A stretch of DNA of 64,000 bases from Pocillopora damicornis (taxonomy: Eukaryota): NCBI RefSeq assembly GCF_003704095.1, contig NW_020843420.1, positions 1 through 64,000 of the forward strand. The letters are read 5' to 3'. The notes beneath the pieces are model-generated. The model made no database searches and was not told the origin of the DNA. It worked only from the letters and a program-made list of their open reading frames with translations. Each line of letters opens with the position of its first letter. The first letter of the stretch is position 1. Shown piece by piece: positions 59,892 through 64,000 of this stretch. Position numbers and translations under genes: made by a program.

Positions 59892-62800
59892 CTAATAGCT
59901 ACTGATTTTTTTGAGGGCCTCAAAACATCTCCACTTGTCTGGAAGGTAAAATGGCTCAAATATGTGAGGGAAGGGTGTGTCCCAGCCACACACTCGCTGG
60001 ATGGGGGCCTCAAGTGACAAGAAACAATGTTCCTACAACAAGGAAGAAACGAAACCTTGTAAAAATTACATTCGTTTGTATATCTAAAATCCCTATAGCA
60101 CAGTGGAAACTAGTACAGGTCTTGTGAATAGGCCAGGACATCATACCTTGTAGCATTGAAAATTAAAATCTCTTGGCAACACCCTCAAACTTAAGCTTAA
60201 TATGCCAGTACATTTATAACTTTAAGCTTGGTAATACCCATTCCTTATGCCCGAAATGCAATCACCATATCAAGAATCATCTTTTCACAAATTCTCAAAT
60301 TATCAGTGCCTACTGTTTTCATGATTTAAGGTGGTTCTGATCTATATAACACATTTCCTGTAGATCATTTTCAGTAATAAAAAATGGGGGTCAACAAACC
60401 TACTTTCAACTTACAGGCATGTTATACTTCATGTAATACTTCAATTAATTACAGGGTGTTTCAAAAAGATGTAGTGCTGATATTGCACAATTTATGTTAG
60501 AAAGGTGATCATCTCAAATTTAGAAATTGGGATTTTTGATATCATTTTCATCCCAACACACAAAGAAGGGTGAAGTATTCGACCATTAAGTAAATGTTGT
60601 TTAAAAATGATGAAATCATTTTGAGGCTCTTTAAGTGTTTTTGAAGTAACTGACTGACAAGCAAAGTAACTGTTACTGTTTATTAACCCTTTAACTTCCA
60701 AGATCTCATTAGTAATTCTCCTTACTGTCTGCCATACAGTTCTTGTGATGTTAGTTTGGAGAATTTGGTATTGGATTGCCTTATAATCTCCTAATTGACA
60801 TTTTTCTTTATTCTCATCACTTGTCTGCTTGATATTGTGTTGCTATTGTAAGGAGAAACTCTGTCTTGATCACTATGGGAGTTAAAGGGTTGAGTGATGA
60901 CATAGGCTGAGAAAGTTTATTGCACTATCCATCCCTTGATTGTCTACAAAAAAATATACTCAATTTAATTCACAAGTATCTCTAACCTGTACAGTGCTAC
61001 TTATTTCTGCTCCAAATCCTCCTGTAAGAGTAGCTTCATGTGCTATTAACAATCTCCCAGTCTTCATCACAGACTAATAAGACAGATAAACCTTTAATTA
61101 TAAATATCGTTTGTAAATTTGTTCCTTTATACAACAGTTGATTTCCCTACAAAGCTATACCTTTGATTTATTTTCTTTTGAGGAATGGATACTTATGTAT
61201 GGTCTAAATTTTCAGCACGTATACATGTAAACTCTGTTGGGAGTTTCATGTCAATATATTTAAATTGCTTTTATCAGTTTTTATCTTTGATGTACACAGA
61301 TTATTTTCATGTCTCATTATTCCCTACTTGTCTGCTTTTAAAGGAGAAGACTCACTGTCGTTCTCCTTAGCTATGCACCCAGAGACACAGCTTATCTAAC
61401 CACATCTTTAATGTGTATATATATTGTTGTTATTAGTTACTTTAGAACTTCTATGCCAGGCTCAATCTGTGTCAAATACTGATTTCTTTTTTACAACACA
61501 GCTACACTATAAAGAGACAATATTATCATTTTAACTCTTATTATAATTACATTCATTTCTAACATTTCACTCTTTGAACATGCCTGTTACTAAAATCAAA
61601 CTACACATTTATATATAAATTATAACAGAAAGATATATTTTGGGAATAACAAAATTACCTTGAAGACGGTGTCTTCATCCCAAGGAAGAATTGTCCTGAG
61701 ATCAATAAGTTCACAACTCACTCCTAGCTGATCTTTTGCCATTTTACAGACATCTCGTAAGACATGGATCTGTGTGCCCCACCCCACTACTGTTACATCT
61801 GAACCTACAAACAAAAAAACAACAATAATGTGCAATGTGATAATAACAAGTCAAAAATCACTTCACCTCTGAAGGTTTAACATACCCTCCTCTAGAATTT
61901 CTGCCTCAGAGAGTGGGATTTCATAGTCTCCCACAGGAACTTCTTCAACTGCTTGTCTGTACAAGATCTTGGGTTCAAAAAATACAACTGGATTCTTGTC
62001 TCTGATAGAAGAGAGGAGTAGTCCTTTTGCTTGAATTGGCCCCCTTGGTATAACGACCTGAAAAAGGGTACAATACAAAATTTTTAGACTCCTAATACAA
62101 CTTAAAAGGTTGATGGTTAGGGTTCATCATGTTCTCTAATTTAGAGCTGGTTTACATGGTGGTGGGGGACTCCAGGTAGGTGAGGTAACCCACCTAGCTG
62201 TGGTTGAAAAATAAGATGTGTTTACAAACAATCTTACAATATATATGTATATATAAGTTAAAGAATCAAAGAGGATGCATCGATTACTCTGAGTTTTGCA
62301 CCTAAGTGCCCTAACCCTAACCCTAACCCTAAGACAGAACTTACGAGAACTGACAAGTACTTAGGCACAAAACTCAGAGTAGCAGAGAATCAATGCGTCC
62401 TCTTTGATTCTTTCACTTATATATACTCAGCTCTGCTACCACAGCATTGAGCACTTTATGCCAAGGTAGACTCTACCCCCATAAACGTGGGGGTAGAGAC
62501 AGACAGAACTCTGATGAGTGCTTTAAGGTGCGAAACTCAGAGTAACAAAGAATCGATGTGTCCTCTTTGACTCTTTCACTTATATATATATATATATATA
62601 AATTTCAAAAATGCTTTTGTTTACCTTCAATCCTGGAACATGAGCAAAGAAACTTTCCACAGACTGTGAATGATAATGAGCCCCATGGCCAACAGCCCCA
62701 CATGGTGCTCGTACAGTTAAGCTTCCACAGTTGAAAAGATTTCCTGACCGATACCTAAACTTTGCAGCTTCATTCACCAGCTAAAATAATATGAGAACAT

Positions 62801-64000
62801 CTCACTGAAAGTTAGGGGCAGCACAAATTAATCAGATGACCTTACATATAAAATTTTCAATACAAGGTACCAGTGAAAGCAACAATTATTCATTCATCTT
62901 GCAATTTAAGATAAATATAATTCAAGGATGCAATTCATGTTCTGTTATGATAATATTACGTAAATAATCTCTTAAACTCCTTCAAATGTTTTCACTTACA
63001 AAAAACTTAGTGTTTTTAAAAACTTACAAAAATATGAGGGCTTACAGTGTACAGTACTTTCAATAAGATTGGAAGTAAGTGGCTACCTTGGTAAAGCACC
63101 CGCAGGAGAAAAATATGAAAAAACAATTTTGCTCTCATTAGCCCACTAGTTCCATTCAGAACAAATTTTTTTTTTTAATACAAGGGTAAATGCTGAGTGT
63201 TCAATGGCTGTTTCATTTCTATCTTGAGTTCATAGTTAAGCCTAGGTTAAAGTTAACATCTTTGTGAAAAAGTTCCAAATTTGATTTCCTAGCCTATCAA
63301 CAAGCAAGCTGTTTTATCATTTTTGATTTTCAACTAGCGGTTAAGTTGAACTGCTGTTGTTTTATTTTTCCAAAAGTATTTCATGATTTTAGTTCAGCAC
63401 AAAATTGTTTAAAAGACCATTTCAGGCAACCAAAGATATGTACTTTGATTTCACACATGGTCAATTTTTGAAGAACACCCAAAACAAGCAGAAATAGAAA
63501 ACTGCTATTGAAAGAATGAATCTAACAAAAAAGGACCAAAGAATTAAATGAGGTGAACACTCCAACACTAAATTGGCTATTATTTTGAATGTGATTTAGT
63601 TCTTTTTTTTGTTCTGTTAATTTGACTTGGATGTGACAAAGTATACCCAGCGATTCACAACAGAATACCTGCCGGAGCTCCAGCGGGTGCCAGGTCTTAT
63701 TGAAAGCACTGAATAACTTACAAAACTTGCTGGACAATATAAGTGAAATTTTTTGGTTATTGTTTTTTTCTGTTAGCTGTTCCTATCACCAGAAAACAGC
63801 CAGTAAAAATTGCCAGCTTTTGGACGAAAAAAATTTTGAAATATTATATTAAGTCTGATTTTAATTTCCCAGATGCAGTGTGTAATAAACAAGCTTTTTT
63901 ATATAATTCCACTGAGTTTCTTTTCACCTGATCAAATGCAGGGAAAATATAATCAGCAAACTGAATCTCAGCAATAGCTGTAGCACCTGCTGCAGCCATT
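59892..64000 (-). CDS. BCKDHB: Branched-chain 2-oxoacid dehydrogenase E1 beta subunit, 3' part (5' end beyond the window)
   Basis: Exons >64000-63928, 62780-62625, 62057-61886, 61804-61659, 61073-60987, 60032-59892. Motifs [84 protein letters not shown]. Confidence 0.96.
60687..60889. mobile_element. piggyBac-like MITE (sister of 18362-18564)
   Basis: TTAA-CCCTTTAACTTCC ... GGGAGTTAAAGGG-TTGA. Confidence 0.8.
62250..62582. mobile_element. (TA)n-flanked repeat with three hammerhead-like motifs and a (CCCTAA)n insert
   Basis: Homologous to 19861-20064. Motif CTGATGA-GTGCTTTAAGGTGC-GAAA-CTCAGAGTA at 62511-62544; degenerate motifs at about 62350-62386 (+) and 62285-62309 (-). Confidence 0.7.

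Overview
Intron-rich, AT-rich animal genomic DNA. The repeat families and gene structures suggest a cnidarian, probably a stony coral (inference). 1-11.5 kb is a gap-ridden tandem array of near-identical 624-nt phase-1 LamG/concanavalin-A-like exons interleaved with a 42-bp minisatellite, and is probably partly mis-scaffolded. A decayed Penelope-like retroelement follows (12.2-13.6 kb). Then come five conserved genes, all modelled by hand from splice sites: SPAG17 (+, 28 coding exons, ~2221 aa, with one GC-AG and one U12 AT-AC intron), QKI (-) head-to-head with DNAJC8 (+), WDTC1 (+) and the 3' part of BCKDHB (-). Introns carry a CR1/L2 LINE with a nested MITE, other MITEs, palindromic tRNA-derived repeats and hammerhead-ribozyme motifs. 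Most notable: (i) Quaking response elements at three strategic points of the QKI gene itself, suggesting autoregulation of its NLS/non-NLS isoforms; (ii) intronic hammerhead motifs; (iii) the U12 intron that hides SPAG17's last exon; (iv) exon-confined homogenisation of the LamG cassettes. All homology calls are from recognition of motifs; no search was run.
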